Shown here: positions 34,816 through 47,653 of the stretch, in pieces
How positions within the stretch are numbered: position 1 is the first letter of the stretch
How the letters are laid out: each line of letters opens with the position of its first letter
Source of the DNA: Trichinella spiralis
Lineage: Eukaryota
Assembly: GCF_000181795.1 (NCBI RefSeq)
Contig: NW_003526944.1
Coordinates: forward strand, 4,076,934-4,124,586
Direction of reading: 5' to 3'
DNA length: 47,653 bases
Translations under genes and position numbers: made by a program
The notes under the pieces: model-generated
Databases searched by the model: none
What the model was told of the DNA's origin: nothing
The model's input: the letters and a program-made list of their open reading frames with translations, nothing else

Positions 34816-36593
34816 ATGGGCTATTCTGAACTCATCCGCGTCCCATTTTCCCCAAACTCGTCTTCTTTTCCTGATTGGCTGTACGCTGATAGGTTGCACA
34901 CGATTGATCGGTAATTTGCTAATGAATTCTACTATTTTATTAGCTAATCATCATGATAAGTGATTGGGTGAATAAATTTGCCATTTGATTAGCTATTAAG
35001 CTTTGATCAAGGATTGGGTGATTGTTGTTTATCAACTCTTTTCCAAATATGGGTTCATTACCATTAAAATACCTTATATGGACATAGAGAAACATTTACT
35101 ATTTTTTAAAACAGCTTTTTAAGATATGGTGTTAGCCATCTTTTATTGCATTAAAGAAATTATAACAACAACAAAGTTAATATGCTTAAAACTAATGTTT
35201 AACTTCTATACATTTGCATATTCTTTGTGTACATTGTTAAGAACAGCATTCAAATAGGTGTCTTGCAATATTTGAATAGGGCTTTAAATAAGTGGTTATC
35301 TTAGTCAATAACATTAATCATTCTTCAGTTTTACATTTCATTGTTCACATAATAAAATAGCATTTGCAGTCTTGAATTTTCTATTAATTTCTGTTAATTG
35401 CACCGTTCCGGTTGATTTGTCTAGCTCAGTTAGCTTTATGCCCAGCAGCATTTTACTTCCTGCTTCATAGTGTATTTTTCGCTTACTCCAGTATTAGTAA
35501 TAATGGAATCCATTTCCGCGTCTATTTTCTGTTCATTGCCGTTCAGTCCAGAAAGCCGTATTCATCACAATTTCAGCAGGCAAATTTCGGATGATGATAT
35601 CTGATGTTGTTTCGCTGCCATTACACACAAATGTTGCACAAATGCTGACAGCAAACAATGGGATGTCCACTGCAGAGTGTATTTGAAGCAGCTTTAAGCG
35701 ATTTTATGCTTGGTGCTGTTCATCGCTTTCTTTCTGCTTTCGAGGTGCTTCACTTTTACTTATCCATCTGACTTTAAAAATACTGTTCAAAAGAAATGTC
35801 AGCCAACGGTTGCTTTCACCCATTATATAAATTACCTTCGTAGCTAACAATTAAATAAGATTTATGCCTAAGGTTCTTTTTTGTTTGATAGATATTGTTC
35901 TGATGAAGGCTAGCTGGGAGCTATTCAAGTACAAAGAAGAAATGTAAAATTGATAAACTGTCTACAGCTGCAGTTTCAGCTAAAACTAGGAGTGGTAATT
36001 TCTGAAATATTTTGTCATTTCATCTGTAGCGTTGTCTGAAAATACTTCTGGTTCGTAAAAAGGCGATTATATCGAATAGCAGAAAAGTTTCTGTGAAAAC
36101 AGTCTGTTGATCAGCATAGATGTGAAGAAGTAAAATGCAAAAGCAAACTTACAAGAATAAAATTAAGTAATAAGATTATCTTTTGTTAACAGTGAAATGT
36201 AAAACGCAAAAGCTTTTTAAAAGCATCATTTGCAAAGTCTAAAAGCAAATATACATAATTCCACGTCATAACTAAAAGCTTTTTCTTTATAAAATGGTAA
36301 ATGATTTTTTTTATGTCCATATAAGGTAATTTAATGGTAATGCACCCCATATTTGGAAAATCGTTGATAAGCAACAGTTACCCAATCCTCGATCACATCT
36401 AAATAGCTAATCAAATGGCACAGTTATTCACCCAATCACTTATCATGATGATTAGCTAATACAATAGCAGAAGTCATTAGCCAATTACCGATCAATCGTG
36501 TGCAACCTATCAGAGTACAGCCAATCACAACAATGAAGTCGAATTTTCGAGTGCGCCTACCTTAATGCATGGGAAGGTTACCCACCTAAAACT
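34816..36593. mobile_element. Non-autonomous DNA-transposon-like element with ~215-bp imperfect subterminal inverted repeats
   Basis: 34872-35084 is the imperfect reverse complement of 36313-36527. Starts GGGCTATT; the putative right end is ...GGTTACCC. No intact ORF. Confidence 0.65.
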
Positions 36594-39484
36594 TCCTCAA
36601 AGCGAATCTAGGATGCGTGATATTCAGCAAACGCACTATTCTTAGCATTTGAGAAATGTATGCATTCAAGCTGAGTTGCCTTGTGCAATATATTGCTTTC
36701 TTGTACAATCCATTTTCATCATTTTCAGCGTGTTTTGATGAATTTGTTGAATGTTGTTTCAGAAGAAGCTGAAATGGAAATAATTCGTTCAACGTACTTA
36801 GTTTCTGTTGATTTATCTTTTTGTAATGCTTAACTGTGTTGAATTTTCAACGTTATTTATATTCAACATTTATTAATACCTGAAGGTCATAACGTACGCT
36901 TTGCATACTTAAATTTGTTAATAAAACAATTTTTTATGGAATACGATGCTGTTCTTGACTTTTTCTATAGAATTAGCTTCTGATTGATACTACACTTGCC
37001 AGTCTTTGAATTCATTTTCGGTTTTCAACTGTAGCTGAATTCCACATGTAAAAATGTGCTTTTAATGCAGTCGATTGCGATAAGAATTGTATAAAATAGT
37101 AATGAAAGTAAAGAAATTAACAATAATTGACCGCAAATAAATGTCCCCATCAATGGTATTGTTCCCAGTCAATTGAGATATTCACTATAAAGCTCAGTAA
37201 AAGGAATGGAATGTTGGCAGCAAAGTGCAGCGAATTAATTATTCAGTGCATTTGCAATAATTGCATGCGGTACGTCGTAGGATAAATATCCATCAATTTA
37301 TAATAATACGCAATCGTTGACTTTTTGAGAAATTTGATGAAACAACTAATTTCCAAATTTGACATTTATAGACGGTACAAATGGAATATTGCATCAAAAT
37401 TATTACATTCCTGACTATTCATTTTGACTAATTCCCATTTGAGAAGGAAAATGAATCAAAGAAATTACGTCTAAAAATTTTAAGTTTTAAGGATGCTGTA
37501 CGCGATAATAAAATTTCAGGAACAAATTTTATTTGAATGAGATTATTTTTTTTGCTGAAATATTTATACATTTTTTAGAAAATTTTCATTCTGTGGCTTT
37601 TCTGGCATATTTATTTCTTCTGTATATTTCATTTCACTTTTCATTTCACAGAGGATAGTTGCCCATCTGCAACTTCGTCGAAACGGAACTAGGGTGCGTG
37701 ATTTTCAATATGCTTAACATTTTTGACATATTAGTAAAGTAAAGTATTCAAAATGAGTAGCGTGATGCAATATTTTACATGTTTTATTAATCTAATTTTC
37801 TCTCTTTTACATTCCTGAAGGGCAACAGGTGTTCAAATCAGCACTCAAAAATAAATAGATCTGCACTGTGTAATATTACATAAAGGTTAAATCCGAAGTT
37901 AATAACTTTTATAATTAGTAAATTTTTCGATTGCAATGACGTCATTACGCTGTTAGTGCTAAAAGTGCAGTGATTTCACCAAAGGCAATGTCATATTCTA
38001 ATTCTTTGGAATTGTCCTTGAACAAATTTAAAGAATCTCATACTCATGTATATTTAGTTTATTAATGTGTAGTGCAAGAGTCAAGTAGCGCGTTCAGCTC
38101 TTCTCCTCAGTACCATCTTCAGCTAAAAAGTAAGTGATGCTTCATTCCTGAGCTTCTGTTATGTTCATATATCACTGACATCAAACAACCTGTTAATCAC
38201 AAGTGGAGTGTGAACAATATAGTTCAAGATGAATGTACTGAGTAATCCATGAGAAAATACCTGAATAATTGGTGAACCCTGCCAGTGTTTAATACATTAT
38301 CCAACATTTTGTCCAATAGTTTATCCACGTTACCAGTAACAATACTCTGCAGCCTCATTAAACTCCCCAACTCATCTTCTTTCTCATTGTGAGTTTCTGT
38401 GACAGTATTAGTAATGGTCAAGTAATTTGTGGAGCTCTTTCTCCGGTTTCCAACGTAGCTGATGCTTATTTTGTATCGTCGAACTTTAATTTTTTGACTT
38501 TAAATTTATTTTATCTTAGCGTACCGTGCAACATTTAAACAAATGTTGCCCCCTCAATTTCTGAATAAATGGCCTATAACGTCTAGGTTTTGATATTTTT
38601 TTAAAATTTAACTGTGATGAAGGATGTTATGTAAGTTAAACATTTTCCATATTAAAACATGATATTCCCCAAAACTGACCACTTTTGTACAATATTTCCT
38701 GGCTTTTGGAAATGCAAGTTTCCTTCATTTCTGGTCAATTCCAATTGTTGTCAAAATTATTGCTTCAAAATGGATCGCAATGCCAATGAGGTGTGGTACA
38801 TTCTTTCATTTTTAATTACATTATTATTTTCCTTTCAATAAAAGTAAATAAATTCATGAAACTGTTGTTAATATACTTGATTGTTTTAATGGTATGCATT
38901 TTAAGTGTCTCTTGCGTTTGCTAAGCAATCAATTCGTATCGTGGAATGCCGATTATCGTCATTTTTACTTTTAATCTTCATTAATGCCTAACATGTGTCT
39001 ATGTAAAGTTAGATATCTTTTATTGAATGTTTCAGTGCTCGTGTTGCGGATGGACTTTTAATGTTCATAGATGGACATTCTATGACAAAATGCATAGAAT
39101 TCACTTGAACAGTTTTAGAAATTCCCTGAGAACAGTCTTCCTCTAAAAGGTAGGCATTAGAGAAACGGTCCAGAATAATTAAAATGCCTTTTGCCTCGGG
39201 TCCTTACGCTCTTACTACACCAAAGACAATGTGATATGCTATTTAGATTGCAGACTTACTCTTGGACAACTTTTGAGAATGTGTTCTCTATGCATTATAT
39301 TAATGTGATAGCCATCAGTCAAGCAGCGTTTTAAATTCTACTTGTTTAAGGCATTTGTGATTCAAAAATTACTTATGCTTCATATTTGAGCTCCCGTTCC
39401 ATGCGATTATGTCATATAAAAGCTTTTAGTTATAACCTGGAAATGTGTATATTTGTTTTCAGACTCTGCAAATGGGGTGGTTTT

Positions 39485-41445
39485 ACTCTCGTAAGTTTTC
39501 TTTTGCATTTTATTTCTTCACATCTATGCTAATCAACAGACTGTTTTCACAGAAACTTTTCTGCTATTCGATATAAGCGCTTCAGAACTAAGCAAATGCA
39601 TAGTATAGAAATTTCCATTTTACAACAACAACAAAATAGAATTTACGGTTTTGTTTTTTTACAAATTAAATATTTTTATTATTCAATTGTATTATTCTAC
39701 AAAAATATAGAAGTAACAAATGATGAGCCTAAAGAAGAGATTACTGAACAAAGAGATGTTAAACGTGTTTATCTAAGTCATTCTTTCTTTTCATAATTTA
39801 ACATGTAATGATTTTTTACGATGGCAACAGAGCAAAAAAATAATTTTCTTTGCTTTCATTTTTGTTTGGTAAAATCATTTCGAAATGCAACAGATTTTTT
39901 TTGACCTGGAATGTTCAACATGTGGTTGTCATCGTAATACAACAATTGCAACTTGAATGTTTAATCAACCCTGTAGTCGGTTTTACTTTAGATATTGAAA
40001 AACAAATTTAATACAGTATACACAAAATGTATAATCACAAATTTCTATTTTAAACAAAATTCCAGATTTTATTTTTTATTTAAATGATACATAAGAAGAA
40101 AAACAATAACTCTTGTGAACAGGAACGAAAGAAACATTGAAGAGAATGAAGATAAAATTCCCATCCAAACTTGAAATATTTTCAGAGAACAGAAAATCAA
40201 AAAATATGTCGATGCTAACATTCAGCAATCACCACTCCTAGTTTTAGCTGAAAACTGCAGTTGTAGACAATTTATCAATTGTGGATTTTCCCATTGTACT
40301 TGAATAGCCTTTAGCTGCTGCTCAGAAGAATTTCTGATAAACGGAAAAGCATCTTATGCATAAATCTCATATAATTAATTAAAGTTGATTAGTATGATTA
40401 ATAAATTAATCATGCCAGTTAAAACGTAATTTATCTGATGAGCGAAACAACTGTTGGCTGACATTTCTTTTTAACCGTATTTTTAAACTCGGATGGATAA
40501 ATAAAAGTGAAGCACTTCGAAAGCAGAAAGAAAGCGATGAACAGCACCAAGCATAAAATCGCTTAAAGCTGCTTCAAATACACTCTGCAGTGGACATCGC
40601 ATTGTTTGCTGTCAGCATTTGTGCAACATTTGTGTGTAATGGCAGCGAAACAACATCAGATATCATCATCCGAAATTTCCCTGCTGAAATTGTGATGGAT
40701 ACGGCTTTGTGGACTGGACGGCAATGAACAGAAAATAGACGCGGAAATGGATTCCATTATTACTAATACTGGAGTAAGCGAAAAGTACACTATGAAGCAG
40801 GAAGTAAAATGCTGCTGGGCATAAAGCTAACTGAGCTAGACAAATCAACCGGAACGGTGCAATTAATAGAAATTAATAGAAAATTCAAGTCTGCAAATGC
40901 TATTTTATTATGTGAACAATGAAATGTAAAACTGAAGAATGATTAATGTTATTGACTAAGATAACCACTTATTTAAAGCCCTATTCAAATATTGCAAGAC
41001 ATCTACTTAAATGCTGCTCTTAACAACATACACAAAAAATATGCAAATGTAAAGAAGTTAAACATTAGATTTAAGCATATTAACTTTGTTATTGTTATAA
41101 TTCCTTTAACGCAACAAAAGATAGCTAACAATATATCTTAAAAAGCTGTTTTAAAAAATAGTAAATGCTTCTCTATGTCCATATGAGGTATTTTAATGGT
41201 AATGAACCCATATTTGGAAAAGGGTTGGTAAACAACAATCACCCAATCCTTGATCAAAGCTTAATAGCTAATCAAATGGCAAAATTATTCACCCAATCAC
41301 TTATCATGATGATTAGCTAATAAAATAGTAGAATTCATTAGCAAATTACCGATCAATCGTGTGCAACCTATCAGCGTACAGCCAATCACAAAAAGGGGGC
41401 GGAATTTGGGGAAAATGGGACGCGGATGAGTTCAGAATAGCCCAT
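39485..41445 (-). mobile_element. Second, inverted copy of the 34816 element
   Basis: 40221-41445 is the reverse complement of ~34816-36006 (the same 60-aa ORF MICLAQLALC appears in both). 39485-39590 matches ~36060-36160. About 630 bp extra lies between these blocks. Confidence 0.85.
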
Positions 41446-42059
41446 TATTAGATAAGCAAATATGCGATAGCCATGTTACGAAGAGTAATCGTAAACGAAT
41501 AGCAGTGCATGATAATAATATCACATTCATGCGATTTGTCTTTGAATTTCTAATTTATAATTACTTTTCCAGAGTAGGAAGTGTTGGAAATGCATACATT
41601 GGTCTGACAGAAGAAGAAAGACAACATGAAAGTAGAAGACATTGTTTTCGATGTATTTCACTGATTTTGAAATTTTGGAAGTTTATACTAATACGTAACA
41701 TTCAAGGTGAAAAATTCAGAATCAGAAATAAATAATGGTATATATGCAGTAGCGTTGACAGGGGGAACGACTTCTCACGAACCCTCCCCCATTCGGAAAA
41801 TGTTATGCAACTCTCACCAATGCGAAAAGCCTCTTTCATTGACACCGTGTCACAGTGGTGTATGGTTGTGCTATTCAGAAATAATGGATAATTTGTCGTT
41901 CACCAAAAACTTAAATGTTGCCAGATTTCTGCGATCGATGACACTACAAGACATGGATGTCGTCCAAACGAAGCAGTCATATTCGCGTATTCATTCTTAT
42001 ATGAACACCATGGCAATACATTACAACACCATGGTCAAGTAGGAGCACTGCAATCAATG

Positions 42060-43175
42060 CGTTCTCAAGCACACCATGAAGGTGGCCGGTTTAATGTTGT
42101 CATTTTGTCTCAGTAGTTGAAGTTACAAAAAGGGCCTACAAAAAGTTACTGTTTGAGCTTGACAATTACTAAGTCTTCTTGTTCAAAGTCAAGTACTAAG
42201 TTCTGGCCATTCGCAGTGGCGCGAAAAGTCGGTTTTGTTTTCAGGTGCTCCTTTGAAAAGAGCTACAGCTTTTATAACATTCACAGAGAAGCTGATTGCG
42301 GAAGGTAGACTCAAGAACCAAAAATATGGCCACCTTGACATGCTTTGTAGAACGAGATGGGTCGAGCAGCAAAATGCGATTTTGACGTTTTTCAGTCTTT
42401 ACTGGCTTTTGGTGGAGGGTTTGCAGCATATGGTTGCGTGGAAAGACCGCAGCGCTGCCTTTAAAGCAGAGCAATTACGAGTTTCAGTATGTCGAGGCAT
42501 TTTTGTTATTTCGTTGGCGGTTCTTAAAAAAGGGCTTTCTTTAACTTTGCTGCTTCCAAAAATTCTTCAGGCTTCTTGCTTTGATCTGTTGCAATGTTGT
42601 GATAAGTTGAATTCTGGAAGTGGCGGACTAAATTCGGGGAGTGTTTTTGTGAGATTTGGAATTCAGCGAAAACGCTGTATGGTGATTTAATACCCCCTTC
42701 TCGAAATATATTCAAGCAGATGAACAGATCGAACATTCGAAATAAAAACTCGTCGACTGACGGTGTGGACACCTTTATGCAGAACGTTATTCAGTACTTC
42801 TACTAGTAATTTATTGAACACTTCAATAATGCTATGCGATTAAGTGCCCTCATACCTCAATTTTGATCAGTATGATAAGTCCATTAAAAAATTCCATGGT
42901 CACCTATTAAAAATATATCGACGACTAAAGTAAGGTACTTAAGTGTGAAATTACACTCTGGAGGTAAAAATGGGAAAGCGTACTTCTTTAAGATTGCCAA
43001 TCAGTGCGCTTGATGCTCTAGCATTGTACCCAAAAGTTATTACTTGAACGTGTCCTTACCCCTACAGATTTTCGACCAGCGACCGCAGAACGAAGCTATA
43101 CTGCACAGATAAGTCTTGAAAATTATTTCCTGACTACCATGACAGACGAACGACTGAGCGAACTAATGCGTACCT
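42060..43175 (+). mobile_element. Degenerate hAT transposase (PRKRIR/THAP12-like)
   Basis: LCRTRWVEQ, FVISLAVL and LPKILQASCFDL; the C-terminal dimerisation motif reads ATAERSYTAQISLENYFLTTMTDERLSEL. Multiple stops and frameshifts. Confidence 0.85.
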
Positions 43176-46100
43176 ACTTTTCTACTAACTTCTAACTTTT
43201 TCATTCAAATAGACCGCGTAATATTCAAATTCAGTTTCATTTGGGATCGAAACCTGTCGTTCATTTGAAATGAAATTGAAATAATAAATTTTCAAGTTAT
43301 TCTATCACATGATTGAGATTATAATTTTGTTTAAATGAAAAAACGGTACTATTTTGTTCATCGAAGACTGTCGTGTAAAATAACGCGTAAATGATAAATC
43401 TCGTGTATAAATAGGGAAGCGATGGAAGGAAGGTGCACTGGTGGGGGCTACTGAAAATTGTATCTGCTAATCAAGTTGACCTTCTTGTTGGGTTGACGCG
43501 GGAAAGTGAAGCTTGGCAGAAAATCATCGAACGTCTCCTTGTGCTCAAACCAGCACAAAAGGCAAAAAAACACAGACAGTATTAAAATCCGGAATTCAGG
43601 CATGAATTATAAAGCTGTAAATTAAAAGTATATGTGAATCTGCAGCTATTAATCTTACTGTTGGCAGCCGGTACAGGCTGCGCCACAGCTTCAATGTTGT
43701 CAGTGAAATAAAGACAAGTCTCATTTAATGACGTAATTCTTACAGATAATTTTATCTTACATGAGGACAGAATACAAAGAATAGAAAGAAATTAAAGTAG
43801 AGAAAATAAAGAAAAGTAAAAAATTCTTTTACTATAAAAATAATAAATATTAAAAATACAAATATTAAATAAAAATAAAAACAAACTTCAAAAATAAAAT
43901 CAGGAAAAATAATTAATAAAGAAAATACAGTACTATACATTATTTACCAAATTATTGATAAGAAGGTTAACAAGTAATACACAAATGAGAGAAAAGCAAA
44001 CCTTGTATCCCTAGTTATTATTTCATTTCATTGATGTTCGATTAATGGTGGCAGTGCGTAGCGAAGGTGCTAGTGCAATCTGCATTCAGGTGAAAATTTA
44101 TTAATGAAACTTATTTTCCTGATATTTTTCCATTAATGCATGTATATTTAAGTATATTAGCATTTTTCATTTTGAAGATGCGTAAAACTTAAAATATTTT
44201 TAGAGAATAATTCTCAATTACATACAGTTAAACGATGAAGTTCTTGAAAAAATCCACATTTCAATACACTATTTTCCTTATTCATCTAAATTTAACTACA
44301 CAAGACGATAAAGTTTTCAATTTTCAGTTGTTCATGGCTTTTAATTTCATTTTGAACTGAGCAGGTCGAATACCACTAAGCGCATAGTGCTTTCTATTAT
44401 GCAGGACAGAAAAATACCGTTTTCATACAGAAATTATTCATTTTTATTATCAATCTACATTGTTTTTGAAGCTTTACATCATGAAAACATTAGATAAATC
44501 AAACTTTTTATCTAGTGAATTTTGCTTCTCAAGGGGCGCAACCAGCGTGCAAACTCATTGTTTATATTATGTTGAGATTCTGTTCTTATTCATCTCTGTG
44601 TAGCATATCCAACTTACCTAAGCCGACTTATACGGCTGAGTGCGCAGTGTCTGACTTTTATGCAAATACGTTCTGTTTTGAAAACTGCCTTCATATTAGC
44701 AGTGCGCCACTTAAATTAACACTGTTGACTAACAGCATCGTTGAGCGGCATCTGCACAATTTACTTTTGCGTTAAGTACAGAGTAAGATATGCTTTTAGA
44801 TATTGAAGAATGTTATCTTTTCAAACATAGGCCTTGTCTAGTTTGAATGCAAATTTGAGTACAATTTAAATTTGTTTGCTTTTGAGCTTATGCGTGGCCT
44901 GAATAATGTTTGTTCAACGAAATGAAAAATACGTTTTATACTTGTTAATCAATAGAAATGAACTTTATGTAAATTTTCCTGAGGCTACTATTAGTTGCTC
45001 TAGAAATTCATTTCAAATGATTGTAGGCGAACGAGGTGCGGCGAATGAACAATGGCGCTTTCAATGCAATGACAGACGAAGAAGACCACTAAAAACGGCT
45101 TTGTTTTTTATTTATTATAACATTATTTCATTAAATTAATTCTTCTACATTTAGATACAGAAGAATAGAAGATAAAAGAAGACATCCCAAAGACAAGGGT
45201 AAGTTTGGTAAGTATAATTTGATGAGTTAGACTAATTAGTTAAAGTTCACTGAGAAGTTCTTGAGTCTGTAATCTATATAAACTCGAGCTGTAAGTTATC
45301 GAGCATGATTGTTTGTTAATTAGAGTAATTGGATGTAGATCATGAGTATTATTATAATTAATTTGAGTGGCTTTCCGCATTTGAACGTTTTCATGTCCCA
45401 TGCCTTTCGAGTTGAGTTTAGGGTTCATTTGCGGAAAGAGAAATGATTGAATAATTTGTCGATCATTTCAAAGGACATTTTTGAGCATAGTGAGTTTGCA
45501 GCACTGCTATAGTTTGAGTATTAGAATAAGTAAATGCTTGAGAATAGCAGTGCAAGGATAGGAGGAATGTGAGATAGGGTGGTGTGCAGGAGTTCGACGG
45601 GTTACACTGCACGACGCGACCATAACCGTATCAATGATCAAAGTCCATATTTTCAAAGCTCACCTCTTCCTCTCCCGGTTGCGGTACCAGAGGCCTGCCG
45701 CCTTGCTCGGATCCCAGCAATGGGATCTCAAGCCAGGTTTTNNNNNNNNNNNNNNNNNNNNNNNNNNNNNNNNNNNNNNNNNNNNNNNNNNNNNNNNNNN
45801 NNNNNNNNNNNNNNNNNNNNNNNNNNNNNNNNNNNNNNNNNNNNNNNNNNNNNNNNNNNNNNNNNNNNNNNNNNNNNNNNNNNNNNNNNNNNNNNNNNNN
45901 NNNNNNNNNNNNNNNNNNNNNNNNNNNNNNNNNNNNNNNNNNNNNNNNNNNNNNNNNNNNNNNNNNNNNNNNNNNNNNNNNNNNNNNNNNNNNNNNNNNN
46001 NNNNNNNNNNNNNNNNNNNNNNNNNNNNNNNNNNNNNNNNNNNNNNNNNNNNNNNNNNNNNNNNNNNNNNNNNNNNNNNNNNNNNNNNNNNNNNNNNNNN

Positions 46101-46499
46101 NNNNNNNNNNNNNNNNNNNNNNNNNNTTTTGTGTGGGGTAAATGGGACCGTTGGTTTGAAATTCCTGGTGCAAATGGGATTTCCAACACCTATGTGAATT
46201 CATAAGACGTATCTGTCCCTAGAGGCAGTTATGCAAATTCGCAATTGACGTAGTGCTGAGACTCTGTTTCAGTGCCAATCTAGTGGTGATCGTTACTCCC
46301 CCAAGAGGAACGGTAAGCGTCGCTATGCGTTTGTGTTATTGTCTCGCTGGCTCTGACACTTGGCCAATGATTGACATCAGATTTGCCGTCACACCTTTAA
46401 CTAGTTCATTTGGCGTTGCACCTTTCATCAGTTTAGGCATCAAGCATTTGAAATTAATCTCCATCGAGAGTTTCCCCTTATAATCATGCTAAATAGTTT

Positions 46500-46870
46500 A
46501 AATTTGTTAACATTTTATACATTAATTTTTTAATTTAGGAACTTAAATGATAAATAAAATATAATGTTCATTCATTTAATAATTGGACAAATTCAGTTTT
46601 TGTTTACATTACACTGTTTTAAAGTAGAAAAGTTAACCAGTTTTTCATTTACATTTCATCATATAAAAAATTTCAATTATTCATTAATTTCATACTGATA
46701 ATAATATATTTTTAGTGTAAAGCAGTTTTTTACATTAAAGAATGTAATGTCAAAGAAGATTTATAGTTTAAAACAGTGTAATGCAAACAGTTAAAATTGG
46801 TGTAATATAGTGTAAAACATTAAATTAACAATAATATATTTATTTATCATTGAAGAATTAGCTATTGTTT
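46500..46870. repeat. AT-rich palindromic (MITE-like) segment
   Basis: GTTTACATTACACTGTTTTAAA (~46602) pairs with TTTAAAACAGTGTAATGCAAAC (~46767). AATGATAAATAAA (~46546) pairs with TTTATTTATCATT (~46839). Confidence 0.45.
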
Positions 46871-47481
46871 GAATATAAATTTTTTACTTATAAAAATGTT
46901 AATCGGGGTCTCCTTTAATTAGGTACTGGGAAAAGTAAACTTGGTATAAATGAAATAAACAATTAGTTTAGACAAGGTGCAACAACTTTAATCTCTCTTT
47001 AAATAGGAATTAATTTTCCAAAAATAGACTTGTTATTAATCCGTAACATGTAGGAAAACAAAGTATTAAATATGAGATTAATTTTAATATGCTAATTAGA
47101 AATTTTAAAATGCAAAGTAAATACAACACTGAGTATTTTAATTTTTAATTAGCTTAAATAACGTCCCTCGTAACAACATATTTCAGCAGTGAGAGTTTTT
47201 TAATAAATGATTAACATACAATGTAAACACAAAAGTGGGTCATAATATTTTATAATTAGGTATAATAACGTCACTCGTAACTACATATTTCAGCAGGGAT
47301 ATTTAGTAGTTAATTAGGGGGTTTTAATTGCAAGCAAAAAACAGCAACTTACAGTAGTCAGATTTATTCGAAAAGATAAGTAGGCATAATACATTAAATC
47401 AATAATGATGAGTTGTAAATCATACGGTAAGTATGCAAACATGAGTTGGTTCTGCAGGACAGTACATTAATATTGAGTATC

Positions 47482-47653
47482 AGGTGTGACGGCAATTTGA
47501 TGTGCATGAGGCGGCAAGGCTTTGTAGGCGTAACGGTTCACATCTGCCTAGCAACGCACGCCATCTGGTGCGGAAGCTACGTCTTCGGCGGATCAGAATG
47601 GCCATCTGGTCCGTCGAGGGTGGATCAGATGGATCCACCCAAGGTCATCTCGG
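47482..47653 (+). mobile_element. Start of a GC-rich repeat, probably an LTR or other transposon end, running off the window
   Basis: Abrupt AT-to-GC transition at AGGTGTGACGGCAATTTGATGT. A near-perfect inverted copy of this motif sits at 46374-46396. Confidence 0.4.

Noticed and set aside
43752..43940. Very hydrophobic 62-aa ORF
   Set aside because: Translation of A-rich low-complexity DNA.
45579..46205. ORFs spanning N-runs (also 6573-7001)
   Set aside because: Artefacts of assembly gaps.

Overview
AT-rich eukaryotic scaffold with short GT-AG introns and three N-gaps. Gene content and intron style suggest a nematode, probably Trichinella (inference). It opens with an intact, GC-rich Ty3/Gypsy LTR retrotransposon: the two LTRs match where both are visible, and the -1 frameshift site GGGAAAC is followed by an H-type pseudoknot. 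Next come the 5' part of a Cu/Zn superoxide dismutase gene and the 3' end of a second copy of the element. The most notable region is 5627-7886. What looks like a ~117-bp satellite is a minus-strand tandem array of at least 15 pre-miRNA-like hairpins, many with the miR-35/36-family 5' end UCACCGG. The array is bracketed by single-copy hairpins starting UCACCGGG and UCACUGG on one side and the miR-279/miR-44-family UGACUAGA on the other. Further along are GTF3C3 (TFIIIC102), which hosts a nested antisense 3-exon secreted-peptide gene, several small signal-peptide genes sharing an R-x-x-R-Q motif, a Cys-rich secreted protein gene, and a GRAMD1/Aster gene with an inverted copy of one exon upstream. 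The last third is rich in transposon remnants: a Copia remnant, a large inverted-repeat element, a hAT remnant and LTR-like fragments. All calls were made by eye; no searches or folding programs were run.
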